Below are positions 27,309 through 40,400 of a DNA stretch of 64,000 nucleotides, piece by piece (position 1 is the first letter of the stretch; each line of letters begins with the position of its first letter). The notes under the pieces are model-generated. The model was not told where the DNA came from, did not search any database, and saw only the letters and a program-made list of their open reading frames with translations. Both the position numbers and the translations under genes were made by a program. The stretch spans positions 78,926,001-78,990,000 of the forward strand of contig OX597830.1 of NCBI GenBank assembly GCA_951406725.2, in the 5' to 3' direction. The stretch comes from Octopus vulgaris (taxonomy: Eukaryota).

Positions 27309-28731
27309 TAGCAGTATCGCCCGGCGTTGCTCGGGTTTGTAAGGGAAATAACTATAAAGCATTTTTAGAGAGTTACTTCCCTTTAAAAAAATATGCATTA
27401 AAATGGAAAAAATGATGGTAAATTATTTTTAAAATCGTAGACTCATCGTAGATGCGCACTAATACCCAGAAGGGCTCGATATGAATCACGACTATAAGAT
27501 ACCCAGTTTTGGTTAAACTGCACCGCAAAATGTGGGAGTAGTTAGGAATCTAAATCGGAGTAGACAGACACACAACCTTACTTTTATATATAAAGATATA
27601 TATATATATATACACACACACACATTCATCCGTGCACACACTCACACAAATATATGCATAGAACAGCATGGAAAAGGAGAATGTCAGATTTGACAGTCAC
27701 AAGGATTTCCAATCAACTATTAATTGTCTGGACATGGAGTGGTGGTGGTGGTGGTGGTAGTGGTGGTGGTGGTAGGGGTTAAAATAGTGACTCACAGACA
27801 CACACACAAATAGATGCATATATACACATATATGTACATACACATATACATTGCCTATTCTTTTACATGTTTCAGTCATTTGACTGCATCCAAGCCTTAA
27901 AGGGTTTTAGTTGCAGAAATTGACCTTAGGACTTATTCTTTGTCAGCCTATTACTTATTCTATCAGTCTTGGTCACTACAAAACGATAGTGAAAGACATT
28001 TCAACCAAAGTGCCCAGCAGTGGGATTGAACCTGGGACTATGTAGCTGCAAAACAAACTTACTAACCACAACCATTCCATCCCCAATGTGAGTCTCTATA
28101 CATACATGTATTTACTCTGTGTGTGTGTGTGTGTGTGTGATGCATACATGTTATGTATGTTGATTGGTTGCCATGGCCACAGCTATCTGTTAATCATACA
28201 ATTTTCTGCTTTGCTTAATAGGAAAAACTGCATTGAGGCCTCCTCCTCCACCCTGCCTCTCTCTGTCTATCCTTCTCTCCTCTGCCTCCCCACCACCACA
28301 CCGTACCCATATGTCATCAAGCTGGTTGTCAGCAGACAAGCCTGAATGACTGCATCTGATATACCTTATACACACACACACACACACACACACACATCAT
28401 ATGTGTATACATACAGACATATATATGCGTGTGTATATGTATGTGTGTATAAATATATATATACATATTATATAGAATCACATGCATATAACCTCCCTCC
28501 ACTCTGTACACCTATATATATATATATATACACACATACACATACTTGTACACTTTGCATGTATTATATCATTTATGTACATTTACATGTGTGTGTGTGT
28601 GTGTGTGTGTATATGTATACATACTTATATGTATATATATGTATGTATGCATATATGCATATGCATGCATATATGTATATGTGTGTATGCATATGTTAAT
28701 GTATGTATATTCTATATATCTATATGTATAT

Positions 28732-28768
<37 letters not shown>

Positions 28769-28775
28769 ATGATTT

Positions 28776-28810
<35 letters not shown>

Positions 28811-30315
28811 CTAACCACACCACCTACATCCAATCCCACTCTCCCATCCCAGTCAACTGATGCAGAGAGATACACATACTGAAAAAAGAATCTGTCAGGG
28901 TGATGGAAAGGGGCGACGTGGTGCCGGTGGGGGTGGGGGGGGGTAGATTCCAACCGGTTCCCCCTGCATCCTCCTCTTTCTCCTCATCACACCCTCCCCC
29001 ACTCTTAACAACAACAACAAATAATGCCAAACAAAGAAATCAGATGTTGCTTTTTAATATATTTGGTGTTGTTGACACCATCAGTATGACTATTACTACC
29101 ATCAGCCCCCGCAACTGCCACCTCTGCCGGTGCCTAAACAACCACTACCACCATCATCACCCTCTCGGTATCATCATCATCATCATCACCACCACTTTAC
29201 TGCTGCTACTTAGACCACTACCACTATCACCATCATCACAAACTACCATCGGTATCACCCCAATTGTCAGCACCACCACAAATACCATCTGCTCCTCCTG
29301 CACCACCACTGGCACCATCATCTCATCATCCACACCATTGTCACCACCACCACCACCATCATAATCATCGCTGCCGCCACTTTCACTTTCACTATCATCA
29401 TCATCATCATCACCACTAATATCCCCATCATCATCATCATCATCATCATTGTAATTGTTGTCACTGCAGCCATCTACACCATCATCACCATCTTTGTCAC
29501 CTCTGACATCACCTTCAACACCACCACTGCCAGCATCACCACCACCACCATCAGCATGTTCATCACTGCTAATTCCAGCATCATCATCACCACCACCATC
29601 ATCATTGCTATCACCATTAACATCTCTATCACTGTCACCAGCATCCTTACCTTCATTTCCACCACACCACTCCTGTCTTCACTGCCACCAACCACTACCA
29701 CCACCAGTACCATCATCATCATCATCATCATCAGTTACTCCATCGCCATTAATGCCACCATTCCACCAAGACTCTACAATCATCACACCTACCACCACCA
29801 TTACTGCAACCACCACCACCACCAGCATCCTCTCTGTCCCTACCACCTCCCCCACCATCATCACCACAGACAACTACCACTATCAACACTACCATTATCA
29901 TCATCATCATCAACACCATGACCTCCCGCACCCCTATCATCATCATCACCATCAGCAGCAGCAGTAATGCGGTCTATCACTACTATCTCAGTAACCACCA
30001 CTACCATTATAGACAGCACCATCATCACAGCTACCATCACTACCATTGGCACCACTAGCACCTTTACCATCATCATCACCACCATCACCATCAGTTATAC
30101 CACGGTCCCTATCACTGCCTCCTCCTCCTCCCCCCACCCGCCACCATCTCTACTCTTCCTTAATTTCGTCAATGTCAGAATATTTAACACTGTTTGACCT
30201 GTTACCAAGTTGTGGGGTGGGATGTGATATTGAAGGGGTGGCATGATGTTGTGGCTGTGGGTCAAACTGACCAAAGTGGGTACTGTGTCTTCTCCTTTCC
30301 GATCACCCCCCCACC

Positions 30316-30350
<35 letters not shown>

Positions 30351-33300
30351 GCTTCACCCTCACCCACCCCTGCCGCTGCTGCTGTTGTTAATGCTAACAC
30401 CAAATTGGAGATGCTTTTGATGACAGCAGCTGTGATTGGGTGGGAGGCGTTGGGCTAGAGTAGGGTAGGGTTGGTTTCCACTACATTGAACAGCTGAGAA
30501 AGTGGTAGTAGCAGGGAGAGGAGGTTAGGGAGGGAGAGGGAGAGAGAGAGAGAGAAAGGGTAATGAATACTGAGAGACGAAGAGGAGAATGATTACAGAG
30601 ATGAAGATGGCCATGGTGGGATTGAGAGAACATGAGGCTAAGAGTCCTGTGAGAGAAAGAGACAGACATAGAGAGAGAGAGATCTAAGTGAAAAGAGGAA
30701 AAAGTGATGGGCGGGAATTTAAGGAATGTTAGTGACACAGAGAGCGAGAGAGAGTACAGAATTTGAAAATGACTAGATTCATGTCCAGGTGTTTCAACTC
30801 TCCACTCATCACAGAAGATGAGTAAATATTTATGATAGCTATTAGTTATTATCATCTTATAATAATTCTGTTTGTCGTTGCATTACTTAGCCTGTCGGTA
30901 AAACTTCCGCATGATTAGTTAAAAAGAAAGAGAGGAGAAAGAAAAAGGAGAGAGAAAAAGAGGGAGAGAGAATCATCCATGATGTGAGGTGAGGGGAATA
31001 GAATATTTATTACATGGTTAACAAAGTTAGCTGAAGGTAGAGGAGGAGAGTTAAAAATGTAATTTTAGCCGAGGGTGATGTTCTGATGATGAGGTTAAAG
31101 AAAAGCAGAGAGAGAGAGAGAGATGATGATGATGATGATGGTGGTGGTGGTAGCACCACATAAAATGCATTACTGCTGGTGCCTCGTAAAAGGCATTGGT
31201 GCTGGTGCCACGTAAAAGGTATTAGTGCTGGTGCCACGTAAAAGGTATTAGTGCTGGTGCCACGTAAAAGGTATTAGTGCTGGTGCCACGTAAAAGGCAT
31301 TAGTGCTGGTGCCACGTAAAAGGTATTAGTGCTGGTGCCACGTAAAAGGTATTGGTGCTGGTGCCACATAAAAGGCATTGGTGCTGGTGCCACGTAAAAG
31401 GCATTAGTGCTGGTGCCACGTAAAAGGTATTAGTGCTGGTGCCACATAAAAGGCATTAGTGCTGGTGTCACATAAAAGGTATTAGTGCTGGTGCCACATA
31501 AAAGGTATTAGTGCTGGTGCCACGTAAAAGGTATTGGTGCTGGTACCACATAAAAAAGTATTGGTGCTGGTACCACATAAAAGGCATTAGTGCTGGTGTC
31601 ACGTAAAAGGTATTAGTGCTGGTGCCACGTAAAAGGTATTGGTGCTGGTGCCACGTAAAAGGCATTAGTGCTGGTGCCACATAAAAATCACTGGTGCCAG
31701 TGCCACATAAAAAAACCACTGGTAATGGTGTCATGAAAATGAAGCTGCCAGTACACTCTGTAAATTGGGTGACATTAAGAAGTGCATCTAGCTGTAGAAA
31801 CCATTCTAAAGCAGACTGTGAAACCTGGTGCAGGCCCTGGTCTTGCCAGTTCCTGTCAAACAGTCCAACCCATGCCAGCATGGAAAACAGAGGTTAAACA
31901 ATTATTATCATTATTATTATTATTATTATTATTAAGGCAGCTTGCTGGTAGAGTCATTAACATGCCAAGCAAAAAGCTTAGCAGTTTTTTCATTTGTTTT
32001 TATGTTCTGAGTTCAAATTCTACCGAGGTCAACTTTGCCTTTTTCAGGATCAATGAAATAAATACCAGTTGAACACTGGGATCAATGTAATCGATTTAAC
32101 TCCTCCCCTGAAATTGCTGGCCTTGTGCCAAAATTTGGAACCAATATATAAGGTGATGAGCTCGCAGAATTGTCAGCATGGCAGACAAAACGCTCAGCAA
32201 CACTTCATCCATCTGTACGTTCTGAGTTCAAATTCTGCTGAGGTGGATTTTGACATTCATCCTTCCAGGGTCAATGAAATGAGTACCAGTCGAGTGCTGG
32301 AGTCAATGTAATCTTGACTAATGCCCTCCCCCAAAATTTCAAGCCTTTTGCCTGTAATAGAAAGTTGTTGTTGGTGGTGGTGATGATGATGATGTAAGAA
32401 TGAACTGACAATTTTGAATTTCTGTTGCAGGGTTGTGTTGGTTTTGTTGGTCTTGGCAATATGGGAGCACATATGGCTCGTAACCTTATAAAGAAGGGAC
32501 ATTCTCTTGTGGTATTTGATCTCTCAGAATCGGCCTGTAATTCTTTGAAGGAAGCTGGTAATGTATTCTGTATTTTTCGTGGTTTTCTTTTTACACCTTA
32601 TACATTTCCTTATTGTCTCCGCATTCATACAACAAAAGTTGGGAAAACCCAGCAATATAGTGTGTATACGTGTATACAAACACACACGCGCACACACACA
32701 TCATCATCACATTCATTATTTTTTTACTATCCACTTTTCCATGAGTAATGTCAGTGTGTGGAGGCACATGGCTTTGTGGTTAGGGCAGCCAAGAGGTTTA
32801 CGTACTTTTCATGTTCATTCGCACATTTATAGTTTTTTTAAATCGTATTTTACTATATTTTTACTATATTTTTAATATACCTTTTAATATATTCTTTTAT
32901 ATATAATTTTTATTTATTTAAATTTTTTTTCTTTTTGATTTTTTTTTTTTTATATTTCATTCACCCATCTTGGCAGAATCTTCCATTAAGTATGTTTTGC
33001 TTTCATATCGCTTCACACCTGTCCTCTATTTAAACGTAAACCTCTTGGCTACATAATTCAATAAATGCCTGATGAACGTACTTATGTATGTGAAACTATT
33101 AGTAGTGCATATATATATATGATGATGATGATGCTTTTCAGTAGTTTTACACTTTTTTTTACAAATTTTTTTCTCCCATGTTATATAGTCTGTTTTTTTT
33201 TTTCTCCTCCTCCTTTCCACAATTAAATTCTTTTATACAATTTCTCTCCCCAGGTGCCAAAATAGCCAGCAGTCCTGCAGCAGTGGCAGAATCATCACAG

Positions 33301-33497
33301 AAAATTGTTACAATGTTACCCAGCAGCCCTCATGTGAGAGCTGTGTATTGCGGACCTGGTGGGATTTACAGGTATGATAGCCTATCCTCATTGTCATCAC
33401 CGTCATCAGCATTTTACATCCATTTCTCTTGCATACAGTGATTAAGAGTGCGTATGTGTGTGCTTGATCATCATTATAATGTCCACCTTTCCATGCT

Positions 33498-33528
<31 letters not shown>

Positions 33529-36295
33529 AATATGTTTCATGTCTCTATTCAGTCATGTCACTTTCTTTTTTTTTTTCACAGTAAATTTCAAAAAGGAACT
33601 TTGTTAATGGACAGCAGCACCATTGACCCAGCTGTGTCTCAGGAGATGGCTGAAAAAGCAGAAGAGTTGGGTGGAGTGATGGTCGACTCCCCAGTCTCTG
33701 GAGGTAACATTGTAATGTAGTCTTTTTAATTATTATTATAATAATAATGATTATTAATATTATTATAGAGTGAGAGAGTAGTGCATGCCATCAAAGTGAC
33801 ACTGGGGTAAAATATACGAAGCCCAGTATACCCATCATGACTACCCGTCTGATAAGGGTACACCAGGCACATACATCACAACCATATGTGCGCGACATGG
33901 TGATTTTATATCAAGATAAATAGCACATGACCTTGCAGGTGGGGCCCAGTTAGAATTTTCTTCTGGTTGAGTAACCCATCCCACTCAAAAGGTCCCTGAA
34001 TAAGGGTTGTTTAAGGATGTTGAACGAAACACTCATGTTTCCAGAGGTGAATTATTCAGATCCCAAAGAATCCCTCTCAGCACACGGCTATGATGCTCCC
34101 CCACTACTTCTGCTCATGATCAGAGATGCACATATTGTCAGCCACTAAGGGACATGGTCAAGTGGTTAAGGTCAAACAACTGACAAGCAAATCTGTGGTA
34201 TTGAGCAGAATATTTGCTGTAGCCCATCTTTCATACCAAAACAAAACAATGTACATGATAACACTTCCAATCAGTTAAGATCAAAAGCCATGAGAGCCAC
34301 TGCCTGGTACTGCATCAGGGCATTTATTATTATTATTATTATCATTATTATTATTATTATTATCATTATTATCTACTACTACTACTACTACAAACTTGTA
34401 CAAAAACAATGGGAAGAAGTGTGTACATGATTATCACAAGGGAATAAGTTTGTTATACATAACTGGAAAAATTCTTGTGAAACTGATCCTTAACCGCATC
34501 AACAAGCATGTAGTGGACGGCATTGTGGATTTCAGGCTGGGAGAGGCACAGTTGATTGGATTTTTGCCCTTTAAAAAGAAAACACATGAGCAAAATACTG
34601 ACTTGTGCATGGTCTTTGTGAACTTGACCAAGGCTTTTGATACAGTGAATTGTGAGGAATTCTGGAAATGGTAAGGCTAATAGTATCTTTGCACAAAGGA
34701 ATGAAGGCGACAGTGATGTCTAGCAGTCAATGTTCTCAGGCATTTTCTGATGCCACTAGAACCAAACAGGGTTGTTTTAGCTCCTGTACTTTTTTACCTT
34801 ATTCTTTTTAATGATGCCCCAAAATGCTTTTCGGGATTATCATAAAGGTGTAAAATTCCAGTTTCACACGAGTTGGTCTACTAAACCTAAAAGAGCAAAG
34901 TTTTCAGATCAAAGAAAAAGATCAAGGAAATTATTCCATGTGGCTTACTGTTTGCTGATGATTGCATTCTGATTTCTCATACATTTGAGGGAATTCCAAA
35001 AACGGTCAATAGGTTTGTTGTGGCAGCTCATGCATATGGACAGAGTATTAACATCAAGAAGACCAAAGTTGTATTCCAACTAAAGCCTGGGGGCAGAACA
35101 TACTCAAGATTCAAATGTGATGATTGACAACAAGCCACTCAAATGAGTCAGATCATTTAAATATCTTGGAAGTACAGTAAACTTTAAGAGTAATCGATGT
35201 TAGAATATCTAAGGCTACAAGTGCTTTTGGAAAACCTTCCTATCATTTGTGGGATGGACACAGTGTTGGTCTGAAAACTAAAATGTGTGTATACAAATCT
35301 TGTATTTTGAGCACATTTTTTTATGGGACAGAAGCATGCACTCCTTACTACAGACATATAAAGAAACTTCAAACCTTTCACATGTGCTGTCTGCACAATA
35401 TCTGCAACATAAAATGGCAAGATAAAATATCAAATATCAAAATCTTAGCCAAATGTGGTTTCTCCAATAACAAAAGCATACTGCTGAGAATTCGGTTCAA
35501 ATGAGTAGGACATGTTCGAATGAAAGACAAACGCATTCTGGAAATATTTTGTATACCAACAAGTAGAGGGATACCAGGGTAAAGGAAGACCCATCTTTAG
35601 GAATAAGGGACAAGCTGAAGCAATTACTAAAGTCTCTACAGCTTAATTTGACATCTTGGGAAAGTCATTGCTTAGATCAATCTTCATGGTGTAAAATGTG
35701 TCATGAAGTATCCAAACAACTTCAGTTGGAACAAGAACAATAAAAGAATTACATCCTGAAATCAACCGACACGTTTGTCCAGTTCCAAGTAAGATCTCAA
35801 TCATCAGTGTCCCCATTGTGACCTCCTAGCAAAATCCATACCTGGACTTGCAAAGTGATGCTGGGGTACAAACGTACAGAGCCCAATATACCCATTTGAA
35901 TACCACCATGGCCTACCCTGATGGTGGACTTAGCCCATTAATTTGTTTAACATTGCCACCAAGTATTTTGCATACTTTTAGTAGAGTCCACTTCATTTCA
36001 AGCATTCAGACTCTGCTTCCAGTTTGAGGATAACCCTCTCCATTTCCAAGCACAATAAATAAATGGTAATTTCTTTGCTAATTCCATTGTCTTTTCAACA
36101 GGTATTCTTGCTGCCAGAGACGCTCTCCTAACATTTATGGTTGGTGGAACTGAAAGTGGTTTTGCCGAGTCAAAAAAAGTACTTGACCTCATGGGAAAGA
36201 ATGTTATCCATTGTGGTCCCAGTGGCACTGGACAGGTTGGTTTCTTTCTTTCTTTCTTTGTAATTATGTATCAAGAATATCTCCTCTCTCACATC

Positions 36296-36326
<31 letters not shown>

Positions 36327-37384
36327 GCATCGCCTTACTGGCATGTGAACAAAACATTTGACGAGGTCATTGCCAGTGCCGCTGGACTAGCTCCTGTGCA
36401 GGTGGCACGTAAAAAGCACCATTTGAGCGTGACCGTTGCCAGTACCACCAGACTGGCCCTCGTGCCGGTGGCATGTAAAAGCACCCACTACACTGTCGGA
36501 GTGGTTGGTATTAGGAAGGGCATCCAGCTGTAGAAACTCTGCCAGATCAGGCTGGAGCCTGGCGCAGCCATCTGGCTCACCAGTCCTCAGTCAAATCGTC
36601 CAACTTATGCCAGCATAGAAAGCGGACGTTAAATGATGATGATGATTATTAGGGTTGAAAGCTGACACAATCATTAGCATGTTGGACAAAATGCTTAACT
36701 ACATTTCTTGCAGTATTTTGAGTTCAAATCCCGCTATGGTTGACTTTACCTTCTATCCACCCAGGGTTGATGCAATAAAGATTACATTGACACCAGTCAA
36801 GTATTGGTGTCAATGTAATGGACTTATCCCTCCCACTAAATGTAATGGACTTAACCCTCCCGCTAAAATTTCAGGCCTTGTGCCTATAGGATTAGTGGCA
36901 GGGAAGGGCAATGATGTTCTCAGGGTGACTCTGGGCACCAATGAAAATGAACTGGTTTGTCTGTTCTGGAGGACTTTTCGGTCAAGAACTATCATGGATA
37001 ATTTTCAGATGTCCTTGGCCTGCCAATGCTACTGGTTCGAAGATAAATTCTACAGGTACGGATGTGCTGTCGGACGGGTTTGGCCGAAGTGCATGCAGAG
37101 TGACCAAACCATTCTGCATGCACTCATTCAGTGTCCGGGCATGGCTGGCTTGTGGGGTTATGTCAAACAGCTGCTGTCATTTTTTTTTTTCTTTAATATT
37201 TCAGGCTGCCAAAATCTGTAACAATATGCTGTTGGCTATTTCCATGATTGGAACATCGGAGGCCATGAATTTAGGGATCAAGTAGGTTGATGACCCTTGC
37301 CAGCTTTAATTGTTTTTCTCTTGTTTGGTTTATTTATTTATTTATTTATTGCTAGTCTGAACGTTATTTCTTGTAGCCGTGTGT

Positions 37385-37431
<47 letters not shown>

Positions 37432-40400
37432 TGTGTACGGAGAGTATATGTGTAGTATATGTATATGTGACATATCTGTGTGTTTGTACATATGTGTGTC
37501 TGTATACAGTGTATATGTGCAGTATCTGGCTGTGTGTGTGTATACAGAGTGTGTATGTACAGTACCTGTGTGTGAATGTTTATGTGTGTGTATATGCAAT
37601 GTGTGTATTTCTGTTTCATTTGCTTATCTATCTCTCTTTCTCTCTCTCTCTTTCTTTCTCTCTTTTTCTCTCTCCCTTTCTCTCTCTCTCTTTCTCTCTA
37701 CCACCCTCCCTTCACCACACATCACTAACAGCTTGGCATTAATTGTCCAGTCAATATCATTGACACCATCACCCCAAGCCACACTAGCAAGCTCACAGAC
37801 AGGGACAGATGCACACACACACACACACACACACATTCACACATGCACAGATTGACTTTTATGCATAAGTACACACATACAAGATGACTTTCATACACAC
37901 ACACACATACACACACACACACATACACACACATGCATTCGTATGCATACCTATATGCATGATCTCATGCATACACACACACACACACACACAGTATACA
38001 CACACATACTGAATAACTTGCACACACATATACACACTCTCCCCCATACATAGATTCATATATGCACACATATATACACAAGCTCCCATGCATACAAACG
38101 CACACACGATCTCAAGAACTTGCAAGTCTACACACCCTCGCTCACACATTATCTCTTCTTCCATTACCTCCTCCTCCTCCTCTGACCACCATCACTTCCC
38201 CCACACACACAGTCAACTCCATCTGCTCCGTTTCAGATGAAGTGTCACATCAATACTACCACTACAACCTACACCACCGCAAGCACCACTTATGCCATCA
38301 CCACTACTACCACCTACACTATCACTACCACTACTACCTAAACTACCACCACCACTACTGCAGCCTATACTAATCGTCTACTACATCCCTACCATTACTC
38401 TCACCTTCACTGTAAGAAATTAAAACAGCCCTTATTGATTTTGTTGCACCTTACCACCATCACTGCCACCAACACAACCATGCTATTACCCCCAACACTA
38501 CACCACACTACAACCACCACAACACTACCATTACTATACACTACTGGCAATGCTACTACCATACACCAGCACCAGCATACCACCACAAACCATATACTAT
38601 AAGGCGGCGAGCTGGCAGAAACATTAGCATGCAGGACGAAATGCTTCCAAAATACAGAATTTTCTCAACAATGCCAACAGTAAAAGATATTTTATGTGAC
38701 ACATTCTACCACTATACGAAGTTTGAAAGTTGTTTGGTTACAAAAAATTATTTTTTAAATTTGTCGGTCAAGTGGTAAAGATCCCCTAAAATTGCTGGTC
38801 CTCTGCCAAAATTTGAAACCATTAAGAACCCTGACTTTCAGCCAGATGCAACTGAGACAAGTTTTATTAATCTAATAAAATACAGGTACTGTAAATGCAG
38901 TAAAAGAAAATTCTTTATTGCAATTTTGAAAAGCAACAAGTTATATTAGCTCCATTTTTCATTTTTTTTTTTTTTTTGCAAGAAAGAAAAAGGAGGCTGC
39001 AACAACCAAAGCCTCCACCACAGATCCCTTGTGAACTGTGCAAGAATCGGTCTCATTAGTCATCAGAGGCACAAACATGGACAGAGGGGAAGAAGTGGTC
39101 AAGAAGAAACCAAATAAATTATCTCTATATATATAAACGGCAAAATGTCTGTGTGCGTGTCCTTTATACAAATCCACAATTTTTCAGTTAGAGGGCTCGC
39201 ACTTTATATGGTCATTCAAAACCGTCCAAGGGTGGTCGTGCACATCTTTACATTTCCCCAGTCACCCCGCAAAGCCATTAAAAAAATCAATAGAAGTGAC
39301 TTTTTTGTGAATTTTCTATCCAAAACCCAATCAAAATGCCCGAAACTTGATACGCCAGTTGAATGCCAGCTAGCTGTATGTGATTGGTCGGAGATTTGGA
39401 CAGTATTCGCGTGTATGTGCGCACACACGCAGCTGTTTATGCATGCACTAGACGTCATAGCAGTATGACCCGGCGTTGCCAGGTCATAGTGCTAGTCAGA
39501 CATATGATAAAACGCCAACGATTTTAGATACAGTAGAAACTTTCTTTCTGTTAATGACAGCTAACACAAATTAGCAGAAATTTTCTTGACTAATTAGGAA
39601 CATGTTTTTCAGTTGCATCAAACATATTTATAAGTTTGAAAATTTAATAACTGCCTGAAAGCTAATTCTGAAATGGAAAATCAATTAAAATACATATGAA
39701 GCTATGTTAAAAACCATTTATTAAAACAGATATATCTTGCAAAAAACTTGCATATGCAAGTGCTACCAGCCAAAAACTCCGCATACTGGAAGCCAGCATG
39801 TGTCATCAGGAGAGAATGCGCGCCGTTTCGGGGCCTACCTCTCGACGGCATCAATGCACACTGGCCCCACTCACTGATATGAGGCCCCGCTTGCTAGATC
39901 AACTGGTTATCAAATCATCATCATTTAGCGTCCGTTTTCCATGCTAGCATGGGTTGGACGGTTCTGCTGGGGTCTGTGAAGCCAGAAGGCTTCATCAGGC
40001 CCAGTCAAATCTGGCAGTGTTTCTACGGCTGGATGCCCTTCCTAACGCCAACCACTCCGTGAGTGTAGTGGGTGCTTTTTACGTGCCACCCGCACAAAGC
40101 TCAATATCCTTCGAGCCATCGCTCATCGTCTCTTTTTAACCAAATCCAGTGGCTAGCCTTCTCCACTGTGGGTTGGATATCGATCATGGTGGTATTGACA
40201 TTACGATGAGTTAGGCCTAGCGATAACAACAGTCGTCTCACACTGTGTCCAACGAACCCTCTACGTCCGACTTCGATTGGAAAATGTTCCGCTTTCCAGC
40301 CTGCGTCTTCACATTCCTCAAGGAGATTTACATAATGGTTAAATTTTCGAGCCCGAGCGGCGTCCATATTATCTTCATGAGGAACCGTTAACTCGACTAT

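Noticed and set aside
28900-30246. Ser/Pro/Thr/His-rich ORFs resembling mucins
   Set aside because: Degenerate CAT/CAC repeat open in several frames on both strands, with no splice support.
31150-31712. Regular short repeats resembling a CRISPR array
   Set aside because: Units are contiguous with no unique spacers, there are no cas genes, and the context is a eukaryotic intron.
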